Source: Chiloscyllium plagiosum
Lineage: Eukaryota
Direction: 5' to 3'
Assembly (NCBI RefSeq): GCF_004010195.1
Contig: NC_057718.1
Location: forward strand, 17,042,770 to 17,106,769
DNA length: 64,000 nt
The notes under the pieces are model-generated. The model ran no database searches. It was given only the letters and a program-made list of their open reading frames with translations, and was not told the origin of the DNA. Both the position numbers and the translations under genes were made by a program. Numbering within the stretch: the stretch's first letter is position 1; each line of letters opens with the position of its first letter. Positions 50,741-62,503 of the stretch are shown piece after piece.

Positions 50741-52005
50741 GTAATTCATGCCCAGGCTCATATAAAAATAATCATATAATATTTTAAGTCTTTTTAAAAT
50801 GTGTACAGCACCCCATTAAACAATAATTGGCTCATGCAGAAATGTGTAGTCAGCACTGAACGAGAACTTTTAGACAAAGGACGTACTTGCTCGATGATCA
50901 ATGCAGCTGTGTGGACTGGACAAGTGTTGGTAAATTATTGACTGTATTGTCGCTCCTGGCTTCAAGCGAAAGATTGAAAAACAAATTGAGTTACCTGAGT
51001 TGTGTCTGCCTGATTTAATTTGGAGGAATAGTACTGTTGGCTGCTGCAGTTGAATGAGCAGGTACAAAGTTTTCAGGCATGAGTGACATTCGTTTGTGAC
51101 TCGCTGAGTCAGGTTCAGTCCAATCACAGCACCATGATTAATCATAAAAAAGACACAGGATCAGTATGCAACATAACAGAGGACCAGGCTAAGGCATTAC
51201 TGGAGCAATGAGTAGTACCAGTGGAGCTTACTATTACAAAGAACAGAATTAGCCCCTGCTAAGTCTATGCATTTGATGCAGAAGTTTCTTATCACAGAAA
51301 ACCAGAGCTTTTGTAACATGAACATAGTTGAAATATGTTGCACTTGCAATAGGAAATGAAAATCAATTTTCCCTTTTATGTCAGCTGCCATTGTAAATAA
51401 GATGTATATGAGACTGCAGCATTAAAACCAGATCACTGTAATATGCTTAGTGTCCTGGAAGCTGGATGGAGACTCCTATTTAACAAAGGCACAGTCTCTG
51501 AATTGAACCTTAGTTTTTTTTTTGCATTGGGAAAAATAAAATTTGACCCATTTACACTCTAACTGGAGATGTGACTAGTGTGGGTCACTAGCCATAAATC
51601 ATTGGAATTAATATTCCACAATAACTACTGTTCTCTTTAGTTAATACAATAGATGCACCTATGCTCTTGTTGATGGTATTTAACTGCAAATCCAATCAAC
51701 TATAAAATTGGTAATCTATTGTTTTTTCTGGTAATTGCCATATATTTCAAATAGTCTAAAGGCGAGACTCTGGTCTGTTTTAATTTGTTACAATCTCTGC
51801 CACCAAGAAGCCTAGGTGAAACAAGACAATTATTAAGGATTTAAGAAACATACAGTTTTTCTCAACACATTAAATGGAACAGTTTGCTGATTTCCATTCT
51901 GAATTGGAGTAAGCTAAAACAGTGAAACATTCCAAGTTTGTGAGAAGATTTGTAGCTCGGGTGCTCGTTATTGTGGTTCTGTTCGCCGAGCTGGGAATTT
52001 GTGTT

Positions 52006-52045
52006 GCAGACGTTTCGTCCCCTGTTTAGGTGACATCCTCAGTGC
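52006..52045 (-). ncRNA. Minimal hammerhead ribozyme motif (PLE family B)
   Basis: gca-CUGAGGA-u-guc(a)ccu-aaac-agg(g)gac-GAAA-C-GUC-ugc; stem I gca/ugc pairs. Confidence 0.75.
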
Positions 52046-52609
52046 TTGGGAGCCTCCTGTGAAGCGCTTCTGTGATCTTTCCTCCGGCGTTTGTAGTGGT
52101 TTGTCTCTGNNNNNNNNNNNNNNNNNNNNNNNNNNNNNNNNNNNNNNNNNNNNNNNNNNNNNNNNNNNNNNNNNNNNNNNNNNNNNNNNNNNNNNNNNNN
52201 NNNNNNNNNNTCACCGAGCTGGGAATTTGTGTTGCAGACGTTTTGTCCCCTGTCTATGTGATATCCTCAGTGCTTGGGAGCCTCCTGTGAAGGGCTTCTG
52301 TGATGTTTCCTCCGGCATTTATAGTGGTTTGTCTCTGCCGCTTCCGGTTGTCAGTTCCAGCTGTCCGTTGCAGTTGTCGGTATATTGGGTCCAGATCGAT
52401 GTGCTTCTTGATTGAATCTGTGGATGAGTGCCATTGCCTCTAGGAATTCCCTGGCTGATCCACAGACTCGATCAATAAGCACATCGACCTGGACCCAATA
52501 TACCGACCACTGCAATGGACAGCTGGAACTGACAACCGGAAGCGGCAGATTCAAACCACTACAAATGCCGGAGGAAAGATCACAGAAGCGCTTCACAGGA
52601 GGCTCCCAA

Positions 52610-52649
52610 GCACTGAGGATGACACCTAGACAGGGGACGAAACGTCTGC
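52610..52649 (+). ncRNA. Minimal hammerhead ribozyme motif (PLE family B), sense to the PLD5-like pre-mRNA
   Basis: gca-CUGAGGA-ugacaccuagacaggggac-GAAA-C-GUC-ugc; core intact, stem II has an extra mismatch. Confidence 0.65.
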
Positions 52650-55600
52650 AACACAAATTCCCAGCTCGATGAACAGAACCACAACAGTGAAACATCTTTT
52701 ATTTATATAGTAACTTTAACGTGCTTCAGAAGAGCATTTCACACAGAGATATTTTAAAAGGGACCAAAATAGTTAGGGGTAGGTTTAAAAGGACATCTCA
52801 AAGGAAGAGAGAAGTGGGGAGATAGAGAAATGGAATTCTAGCATTTTGAGTGTAGACTGCAGCCCAATGGCAAACCATGAAAATTGGGGGTATGCACAAG
52901 GCCTGAATTGGAGGAGCACAAAGGTGAGGAAGGGTCAGAGGGCCGAAGAAGGTCGCCAAGATTTGGTGAATGGTAGGGGGAAGGATTGTGTGGAGATTGC
53001 TGTGGTTCACATTTGCCATGTCATGGAGAGATTTGAAAACAAAGGTCAGAAGCTTAAAGGCACTGTGAACCCGGAGATAATGTAGATCAGTGAGAGCTGA
53101 TGGGTGAGTACGATGTGTAAGTTAGGATGTAGGTAGGAAATGTTTACAGCAGCTCAAGTTTGTGCATTCCTAACTTGTAGCACTTCTGATATATAGAAAG
53201 ATTGTACTGGTCTTTGGGGCAATCACACAAGTGAATCTCAAATTAATACTTCCAGTTAAATACAAAAAGTATAGAATTAGTAACAAACTTTCATTCTCTT
53301 CCCCTCCACTCCTCCAGGTGAATTATTTTTCATTCCCACGCATTTACTCAATTATGGTCACCCAATGCAAATTCAACCACATTGGTAAGGGTGTAGCAGG
53401 AGGTGATCCACAGTGTCAGAATGAATTTGAAGAAGTGGGTAATATCCTCCCAGCAGAACGTGAGGGATGCTGTTGAATCTACATCTCATGGCCATTCATC
53501 TGAAAACAAGAAAGTTCGAGAATTATCATTCTGACATTATGCAGGCTCTGCAGTCAGTCTCTAAGCACGTGAGGCAAATGGTATCCGTAGGTGGAGCCTT
53601 ATTGTGGTGTCTCACCTGGTGACTGGAGGTGCCTACTTTGCAGAAGGCTCACTGAACCTCACGCCAATCAGGCAGTGGCAAGGCCGCCAGGGGGCCTACC
53701 CTCTGGAATCAAGACCAGAGGTGGAATTCCCGCCAGGTAATCAGAAGCCAGCAGCTCCTGCTACTGTCAGAACGATTCTCCAAGAATCCCAGGATCATGG
53801 AGGACCCAGGCTGGAGGAGAGACCCTCCCCAGCTAACAGCTTTGACCCACAGCACTGGTAACATGCCTGCTCACAGTTGGGTTAATCCCAGCATTGACAC
53901 AATGGTCATGAATTAGGCATTATTTAGCTGTAGGGCAGGAAGTCAGTCATGAGCATTCCCACCCAGCATTTAATTCTGGTGGTAATGGGATACACGGGAC
54001 TTCAGGTCCGAGACCACCTCTCCTAGTTTCCTGCCTCCAAGCTCACCAGCTGGAGCAGAGGTTTGTACCCTGTAACTCTCAGTCTATATACCAGTGGAGC
54101 CTGGAGTAACCTTCATTCACACCATCAAACAGCCTCTATCCAAGAGGCAATGAGATCTCCTCCTCAGAATCACAAATTGCAGCTCCTGGGACAATTGGGA
54201 TTAGGTTAGACAGTGCTATTTATACCAATGTTCAGGCCTGGAAGGACAGTGTATAGACTGCTGCACTCTTGGCCTTTAGTAGTTGGGCTCCCTGGGGCAG
54301 TATCAACACAAGTGTGTGTGTGGTGCTGGAAAAGCACAGCAGGTCAGGCAGCACCTGAGGAGCTGGAGAATCAATGTTTTGGGCATAAGCCCTTCATCAA
54401 TACAGGTGCAGAGCCCAATGGCAGTAGCTGGAGGTGACCTGCATGTTACCTGCTGTTTCTCAGAATGGTTGCATTAGTCAACCCTCCTAAGCTTCCCTCT
54501 CTGAATGTCACACTGTTGGTGCATTAAAAATGCTACTAGGTGCACTGTCATAAACTCTAAAGAAGCAGCAAATGGAGATGCCCTTGCAGGGATAAGCTGC
54601 CAGAAGGGAGACTAACTTGGTTTAATGAACTTTTCGTCCAATAGGATCTGTCCACTACCTCTTATGATACTGGCCTCCAGATCACCCTCAGGCAGAGCAG
54701 AAGGCAGATTGACACGATTCCAGGAGAGACACTTATTGTAATTCACTCATGAGGCATGAGTACTGTTGGCTGGGCCAGCATTTATTGCTGATCCCTAGTT
54801 AGTCTTGAGAAGGCAGTGATGAATTGCCTTTTTGGACTGTTGCTCTGGGTAGACCCACAATGCCCTTTTGGTTAAAATCCTGGAATTCCCTCCCTATGAC
54901 AGCAAATGAACAGCAATATATTTCCAAATCAGGATGGTGAGTGGCTTGGAGTGTCCTTGTAGGTGGTGGTGATCCCCTTGTTTGTTGTCCTTATCCTTTC
55001 TGGATGGTAGTGATAATAGAGTCGGTTGACTTTTGGATATTCTTGAGTTAATTGTGTGAAAGAACTTATATGGCACATTGTTGGTCAAAGGGATTTAATA
55101 AGAAGTTCTGTCTTACAAATGTTGATGTTCTTTTGGTTTATATCATAGCATTCCAAAGCACTTTGAAAAAAAAATCCACAAGAGTATTTATTGTTGACAT
55201 TAAAGTTTAAAAAGTTTTGAAAGTTGTACTTCATTCCTGTGTTGGCCACAGAGCTATGTGGTTCGAACTGCTGCAAGAACACCATGTCTTTTCTCTTGAT
55301 ACCCATGGCCTCATTTAAATTTTCATGTAGTTTGTGACTGAGATGGTTTTGCAGTTACATCCATATGTTTTGATGAACACTCTTGGCAATGATATTCATG
55401 TGTAGGAATGCATGTGCTATAATTATAAGGACAAAGTTTATATTCTATACTGCTGTATTAACTTGCAATGGAAAAAGTTGAACATTTATTGCATCAATAT
55501 GACGATGAATCATCTGCTTGAATAACTCTCTTCTTTAAACCTTGATCTATGCTTTTTGGTTAGATATTAATTCATTATATCATCTCCAAGCCACTCACCA

Positions 55601-56504
55601 TCCTGACTAGGGAGTAGATCACCATTTCTTCAGTGTCAATGGATCAAAATCCTGCAATTCTCTCTCTCTCTCTAACAACACTGAGTTTAAGGACAGATTA
55701 GCAGGAATACAGCATCCACCCCTTCTAGCCTTCAATATCCATGAAGAATCTATCTTCCTCTGCCTTAAAATTATTTAATGATCCCACCTCCACACCTTTC
55801 TGAGGCTGAGTTCCAAAGCTGCACAGTTCCTTGAGAGGAAGAGATTTCTCCTCATCTCCTGTCCTAAAAAAGTGATGCTGAATTTTAAAACCTGCTGCCT
55901 GGTTTTGGATGTACCCCTAAAAGTAGACAACTTTTCCATATCCACCTTAAGGTTTTTCAGACTTACTATCCATTTTAAATTTCCAGCTAGCTCCCTCCCA
56001 TATACTAAGTTCTTTCTCTTTGTGAACCTTTTGGTGATTTTCTGCCAATTTTGCATTCTGTCCAATCATCTGATGTGCTGCTCAACTTTGCACAATTGTT
56101 TGCTTTTGCCCTGAGATTTGTCTTCCATAATGTTTTTAGTGTACCATGGATGGTGGACCCTTCCTTTAGAATTTTGCTTTACAGTGAGAAAGTGAGTGTA
56201 GTAGAAGGTAAATATCTCCCTCATCCAAGGTCCATAGGCTACTCTCTCATTACAGAAAGATGGATGAGTGGTGAGTTCAACCTAAGGGTCACCATTGCCT
56301 CAGTCCTTCATGGTGACCTCAACCAGTATGGGAATTAAATCCTGGAGGTTGGCATTGCTCTGCAATTGTAACCAGCCAACTAACCCCCTTCAGTAGGAAC
56401 GTTTTTATTCTGACTATTCTGAAATAGCCTCTTAAATGCATTCCACTGTGTCTTTATTGACCTAATGGGGTTAGTTAGTTCAGTTGGCTGGATGGCTGAT
56501 TTGA

Positions 56505-56940
56505 GTTAGGATTGGAGTATTTGAGTTATAGGATAAGCTGGAACATTTTTCAGAGAATGTAGGAGGTTGAGGGGTGACCTTTTGTAGAGCTTTATCAAAT
56601 CATGACTGGTGTAGATAGGGTGAATAGCAAAGGTCTTTTCCCTAGGGTGGGGGAATTCAAAACCAGAGGGCATATTTTTAAGGTGAGAGGTGAAAGATTT
56701 AAAAGGGTCCTAAGGGACAATATTTTCACACAGATACTGCTGCATATTAGAAATGAAATGCCAGGGGAAGTGGTAGGTACAGTAATCATATCCAAAAGAC
56801 ATTTGGACAGCTACTTGAATGGGAAAGGTTTAGAAGGATATGGGCCAAATGCAGGCAAATGGGGCCAGTTTAGTTTGGGAAACTTGGTCAGCATGGACAA
56901 GTTAGACTGAGGGGTCTGTTTCTGTGCTGCGTGGCTCTGT
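56505..56940 (+). mobile_element. CR1 3' fragment inserted in an unclassified tRNA-like SINE (~56467-57110)
   Basis: GLFPRVGEFKTRGHIFKVRGERFK. Confidence 0.85.
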
Positions 56941-57549
56941 AACAGCATGAGTTAAATTCCCTGACTAACTGTGATGATCATAAAGGCCCTGCCTTCACAA
57001 CCTAACCCCTCACCTGAGGCATGGTGACTCTCAGGTCTCTGTCTGTCTCTCTCTGTCTCTGTCTAATGACAGAGCAGCTTTATGGTGCTCTATGACAATG
57101 GCGATTTTAACTTAGTATAACTTTACTTACTGACCTATCCCATGGTCCTGAAAGTCAGTTCACTTTGGTTAGCTCCGTTTTCATGACTTCATTGAGATTT
57201 TCAACTTGAATAAGGGAAACAATCTTAGATCCATTCAAGCTGAAAGTAAAATTTAATTTAAATTAAAGTTAAAAATTTAATTATATTGTGTTTGATGCTA
57301 CCTATGGGGTGTCTTTACTCTGAGGTCATTAATTAATCCTGATGTATTTTATAATAGCAAGCCTAAAATAACCTGCTCTCTGCTCAATTTCAGATCATTC
57401 TCCTCTAAGGGACTATCTCAAAAGTATTCTGTGAACTCCTCATCAAGTCTGCTCCTGTCAGTCTGATTTTTCTGGTTTATTTCTGGATTATTGTCACCCA
57501 TTGTCCCTTTATCACAAGCTCCCAATATTTTTTCTTTAATACTTTACCC

Positions 57550-59255
57550 TTCAGTATATTCGGTATTCACCGAAGAGAGGGACATGATGGATGTTGAGGT
57601 TAGGAATAGATCTTTGAGTACTCTAGGTCAAGTCAGCATAAGGAAAGAGGATGTTTTGGGTACTGTAAAAGGGATTAAGGTAGACAAGTCCCCACGTCCG
57701 GATGGGATCTATCCCAGGTTACTGAGGGAAGCGAGAGAGGAAATAGCTGGGGCTTTAACAGATATCTTTGCAGCATCCTTGAGCACTGGTGAGGTCCCAG
57801 AGGGCTGGAGAATTGCTAATGTTGTCCCCTTGTTTAAGAAGGGTAGCAGGGATACTCCAGGTAATTATAGACTGTGAGCCTGACGTCAGTGGTAGCGAAA
57901 CTGCTGGAGAAGATACTGAGGGATAGGATATATTCCCATTTGGAAGAAAATGGGCTTATCAGTAATGGGCAGCATGGTTTTGTGCAGCGAAGGTTTGTAA
58001 GACATGACCTAATAGAATTCTTTGAGGAGGTGACAAAGTTGATTAATGGTGGAAGAGCTGTTGATGTCCTATACATGGACTTCAGTAAAGCATTTAATAA
58101 GGTTCCCCATGATAAGCTGATGGAGAAAGTGAAGTTGTATGGGGTCCTGGGTGTACTAGCTAGATGGACAGAGAACTGGCTGGGCACGAGGAGACAGTAA
58201 AAGTGGAAGGGAGTTTCTCAAAATGAAGTCCTGTGACCAGTGGTGTTCCACAGGGATCCATCCTGGGACCACTGTTGTTTGCGATATATATAAATGATTT
58301 GGAGGAAGGTATCAGTTGCCTGATTAGCAAGCTTGCAGATGATGCCAAGATTGGTGGAGTAGCAGATAGTGAAGGGGACTATCAGAGAGTACAGCAGAAT
58401 ATAGATAGAGTGTAGAGATGAGCAGAGAAATGGCAGATGGAGTTCAATCTGGGCAAATGCAAGGTGATGCATTTTGGAAGATCCAATTCAAGAGCAAACT
58501 ATACAGTAAATGGAAAAGTCCTCGGGAAAATTGACATACAGAGAGATCTAGGTGTTCAGGTCCATTGTTCCCCCAAGGTGGCAACACAGGTCAGTAAAGT
58601 GATCAAGAAGGCATATAGCATGCTTTCCTTCATTGGATGGGTATTGAGTACAAGAGTTGGCAGGTCATGTTACAGTTGTATAGGACTTTGGTTTGGCTGC
58701 ATTTGGAATACTGCGTACAGTTCTAGTCACCACATTACCAAAAGGATATGGATGCTTTGGAGAGGGTGCAGAGGAGGTTCACCAGGATGTTGCCTGGTAT
58801 GGAGGGTGCTAGCTGTGAAGAGAGGTTAAATTGCTTAGGAATATTTTTATTAGAAAGACAGAGGTTGAGGAGGGACCTGATTGAGGTCTACAAAATCATG
58901 AGAGGAATAGACAGGGTGGATAGCAAGAAACTTTTTTCCCAGGGTGCGGAACTCCATTACTATGGGTCATGAGTTCAAAGTGAGAGGGGAAAGGTTGAGG
59001 GGAGATATGCGTGGAAAGTTCTTTATGCAGAGGGTGGTGGGGACCTGGAGCACATTAACAGTGGAGAGTGTAGAGGTGGGAACAATAATGTCATTTAAGA
59101 TGTATCTTGACAGATACATGAATGGGCAGGGAGCAAAGAGATGCAGATCTTTAGAAAATAGGCAGCAGGTCCAGATAAAAGATCTGGATCGGCACAGGCT
59201 TGGAGGGCTGAAGGGCCTGTTTCTGTGCTGTAATTTTCTTTGTTATTTGTTCTAT
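57550..59255 (+). mobile_element. 5'-truncated CR1 LINE (RT to 3' end), decayed
   Basis: [44 protein letters not shown]; tail ttctttgttatttgttct. Confidence 0.95.
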
Positions 59256-60698
59256 ATTGTATTTAAGTTAAATTCCCTGACTAACTGTGATGATCATAAA
59301 GGCCCTGCCTTCACAACCTAACCCCTCACCTGAGGCATGGTGACTCTCAGGTGTTGGATCGGCACAGGCTTGGAGGGCTGAAGGGCCTGTTCCTGTGCTG
59401 TAATTTTCTTTGTTATTTGTTCTATATTGTATTTACTGTTGGGAGGCCTGTACACCCTTTAAGTAACAACTTATTTCTTTACTATTCCTTGTCTCACCGA
59501 AACCAATTCTCCATTCTCATCTCCTGAATGAATGTCATCTCTAACTATTGCACAAATGCCATCCTTGATTAACAGTACCACCTCCTATCTATACATTCTT
59601 CTTGAATGTTGTATAATATTCAGGACCCAATCCTTGTCCTCCTGCTACCACATCCTTGTAATTATGATCAGATCATTACTATTTCCCTCAATGTGCACCC
59701 AACAATTTGTTTACTTTGTTAGTTTTGTTTTTTGGTATCTTTGAAAGTCATCATAGAATCCCTACCGTGTGGAAACAGGGCATTTTGCCCAACAAGTCCA
59801 CACCAACCCTCTGAGGAGTAACCCACCCAGACCCATTCCCCTACCCTACATTTACCCCTGACTGATCAACAACACGTTCACCACCCTCTGGCTGAAGAAA
59901 TTCCTCCTCATCTCAGTTTGAAATTGTTGTCCCTTCATTCTGAGACTGTGCCCTCTGGTCCTAGTCTCTCCTACTGGTGGAAACATCTTCTCCACGTCTC
60001 TACCCAAGCATTTCATTGTTCTGTTGTTTCAATTAGAACTCCCCTCATCCTTCTAAACTCCACTGAGAACAGACCCAGAGTCCTCAACTGTGGGTTGTTT
60101 TGACCTGGATGGTGTCAAGCTTCTTGAGCATTTTTGAAGTTGCACCATCCAGGCAAGTGAGGAGTATTCCATCACAATCCAGACTAGTGCCTTGCAGATT
60201 GTGGTCAGGCCTTGACTAAAAAAGATTCTCCATTCAGAAGTTCCACACTGGATTCCAAACGTTAACTCTATACCTCTCTTCACAAGCGTTGCTGAGTTTC
60301 TTCAACATTCTCTCTACGTGTTCCAGATTTCCAGCATCCACAGTATTTTGCTTTATTTTGGAAGACTGAGGTGAATTGACACTCTTTTCTGCAACACAGA
60401 GAAGGGGTTCAGAGGGCTGTGATGCCTGACCAGTGCCCGGTTTGGGACATCTCCTCAGGGGGCGAAGGGGAATGCAGTGGTCTTTGCCTTTCTACTTACT
60501 AGTCATCTGGACCGAACTAGGAAAGAGGTTCTGAATACAGAGTATGAGGAACTCAGCTAAATTAAAAGGCAGAATCTCAGGGAGGTTATAAACTCTAGAT
60601 TACCATCTGAGCCAAATTCAAATTGGCATATAAAATTCAGAAAAATTAATATGGGGTTCAAAGACTAGAATGGAAGAAGTGGGCTGTAGTTTATGGGA

Positions 60699-60866
60699 GA
60701 AAGTGAGGACTGCAAATGCTGGAGACCAGAGTTGAAAAATGTGATGCTGGAAAAACACAGCAGGCCAGGCAGCATCCAAGGAGCAGGAGAATCGATGTTT
60801 TGGGCATAAGCCCTTCTTCAGGAAGCCTCGATTCTCCTACTCCTCGGATGCTGCCTGGCCTGCCTG
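60699..60866 (-). mobile_element. Mini PLE with short inverted arm, degenerate hammerhead
   Basis: 14-bp TSD TGTAGTTTATGGGA (60685-60698 / 60867-60880). Confidence 0.8.
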
Positions 60867-61148
60867 TGTAGTTTATGGGACACTAGCAGTAGTGCTGTGG
60901 AAAGTTAGGGCTGTTCTCTTGGGACAGTCTACGTTCCAATATTGCTGGGTTCAGTGTTCTTATAAAGTGTATAAGTAGAGAACCGGAGAGAGTTTTAAAC
61001 TAAATGGCCAGGGCCAAGGGATCAAATGTGGCAAGATGTGCTGTCTCTTTGACACAGGATAAGAAAGCAAAATAATATGGGAAATCAGGTCAGAGAACAG
61101 CTAGAAGGAACAGAAAGGAAAAACCTAGGACTATCCCAAGGCTGGAAT

Positions 61149-61347
61149 GGTGGCTCAGTGGTTAGCATTGCTGTCTCACAGCGTCAGAGACCCAGGTTCA
61201 ATTCCAGCCTCGGGTGACTGTGCGGAGTTTGCACATTCTCCCAGTGTCTGCATGGGTTTGCTCTGGTTTCCTCCTACATTCCAAAGACATGCAGGTTAAG
61301 TGAATTGGCCATGCCAAATTTCCCGTGTTCAGGGATGTGTAGGTTAG
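61149..61347 (+). mobile_element. HE1 SINE 5' part
   Basis: ggtggctcagtggttagc head; truncated near the duplication junction. Confidence 0.8.
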
Positions 61348-62308
61348 TCCAATCAACCTGGGTACAACTTCAAAAATACTCAAGACGCTTGACACCATCC
61401 TCCTGTTCTGAATACAGAACCTCTTTCCCAATTCTATCTGGATCACTGGTAACTAGAAAGGCAAAGACCACTGCATTCTCCTTCGCCCCCTGAGGAGATG
61501 TCCCAAATCGGGCACCGGTCAGGCATCCACAGCCCTCTGAGCCCCTCCTCTGTGTTACAGAAAAGAGTGTCAATTCACCTCAGTCTTCCAAAATAAAGCA
61601 AAATACTGTGGATACTGGAAATCTGAAATATGTAGAGAGAATGTTGAAGAAACTCAGCAGGTCTGGCAGAGTTTGTGAAGAGAGAAATAGAGTTAACGTT
61701 AGGAATCCAGTGTGGAACTTCAGAACGGAGATTCCTTTTCAGTCAAGGCTTGACCACTATCTACAAGGCACTAGTCTGGAGTGTGATGGAATACTCCTCA
61801 CTTGCCTGGATGGTGCAACTTCAAAAATACTCAAGAAGCTTGACACCATCCAGGTCAAAACAACCCACAGTTGAGGACTCTGGGTCTGTTCTCAGTGGAG
61901 TTTAGAAGGATGAGGGGAGTTCTAATTGAAACAACAGAACAATGATATGCTTGGGTAGAGACGTGGGGAAGATGTTTCCACCAGTAGGAGAGACTAGGAC
62001 CAGAGGGCACAGTCTCAGAATGAAGGGACAACAATTTCAAACTGAGATGAGGAGGAATTTCTTCAGCCAGAGGGTGGTGAACGTGTTGTTGATCAGTCAG
62101 GGGTAAATGTAGGGTAGGGGAATGGGTCTGGGTGGGTTACTCCTCAGAGGGTTGGTGTGGACTTGTTGGGCAAAATGCCCTGTTTCCACACGGTAGGGAT
62201 TCTATGATGACTTTCAAAGATACCAAAAAACAAAACTAACAAAGTAAACAAATTGTTGGGTGCACATTGAGGGAAATAGTAATGATCTGATCATAATTAC
62301 AAGGATGT

Positions 62309-62503
62309 TGGGTTTCCTCTGGGTGCTCCGGTTTCCTCCCACAGTCCAAAGGTGTGCAGTTCAGGTGAATTGGCCATGCTAAATTGCCCGTAGTGTTAGG
62401 TAAGGGGTAAATGTATGGGTGGGTTGCGCTTCGGCGGGGTGGTGTGGACTTGTTGGGCCGAAGGGCCTGTTTCCACACTGTAAGTAATCTAATCTAATCT
62501 AAT
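62309..62503 (+). mobile_element. HE1 SINE 3' half
   Basis: Begins mid-element at the end of the duplicated arm; (TAATC)n tail. Confidence 0.85.

Larger units (their letters stand above)
51931..52682 (-). mobile_element. Penelope-like element 3' end (second family): tandem pLTRs plus inverted pLTR and ORF C-terminus; contains N gap
   Basis: 13-bp TSD AACAGTGAAACAT (51918-51930 / 52683-52695); AREFLEA..WHSSTDSI(N/K)KHIDLDPIYR typical of the Penelope GIY-YIG C-terminus; ~190-bp inverted arms. Confidence 0.85.
59650..62308. repeat. Inverted segmental duplication: arms 59650-60550 and 61398-62308
   Basis: Direct reverse-complement comparison; the arms share the same mosaic of unrelated fragments. 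Confidence 0.9.
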
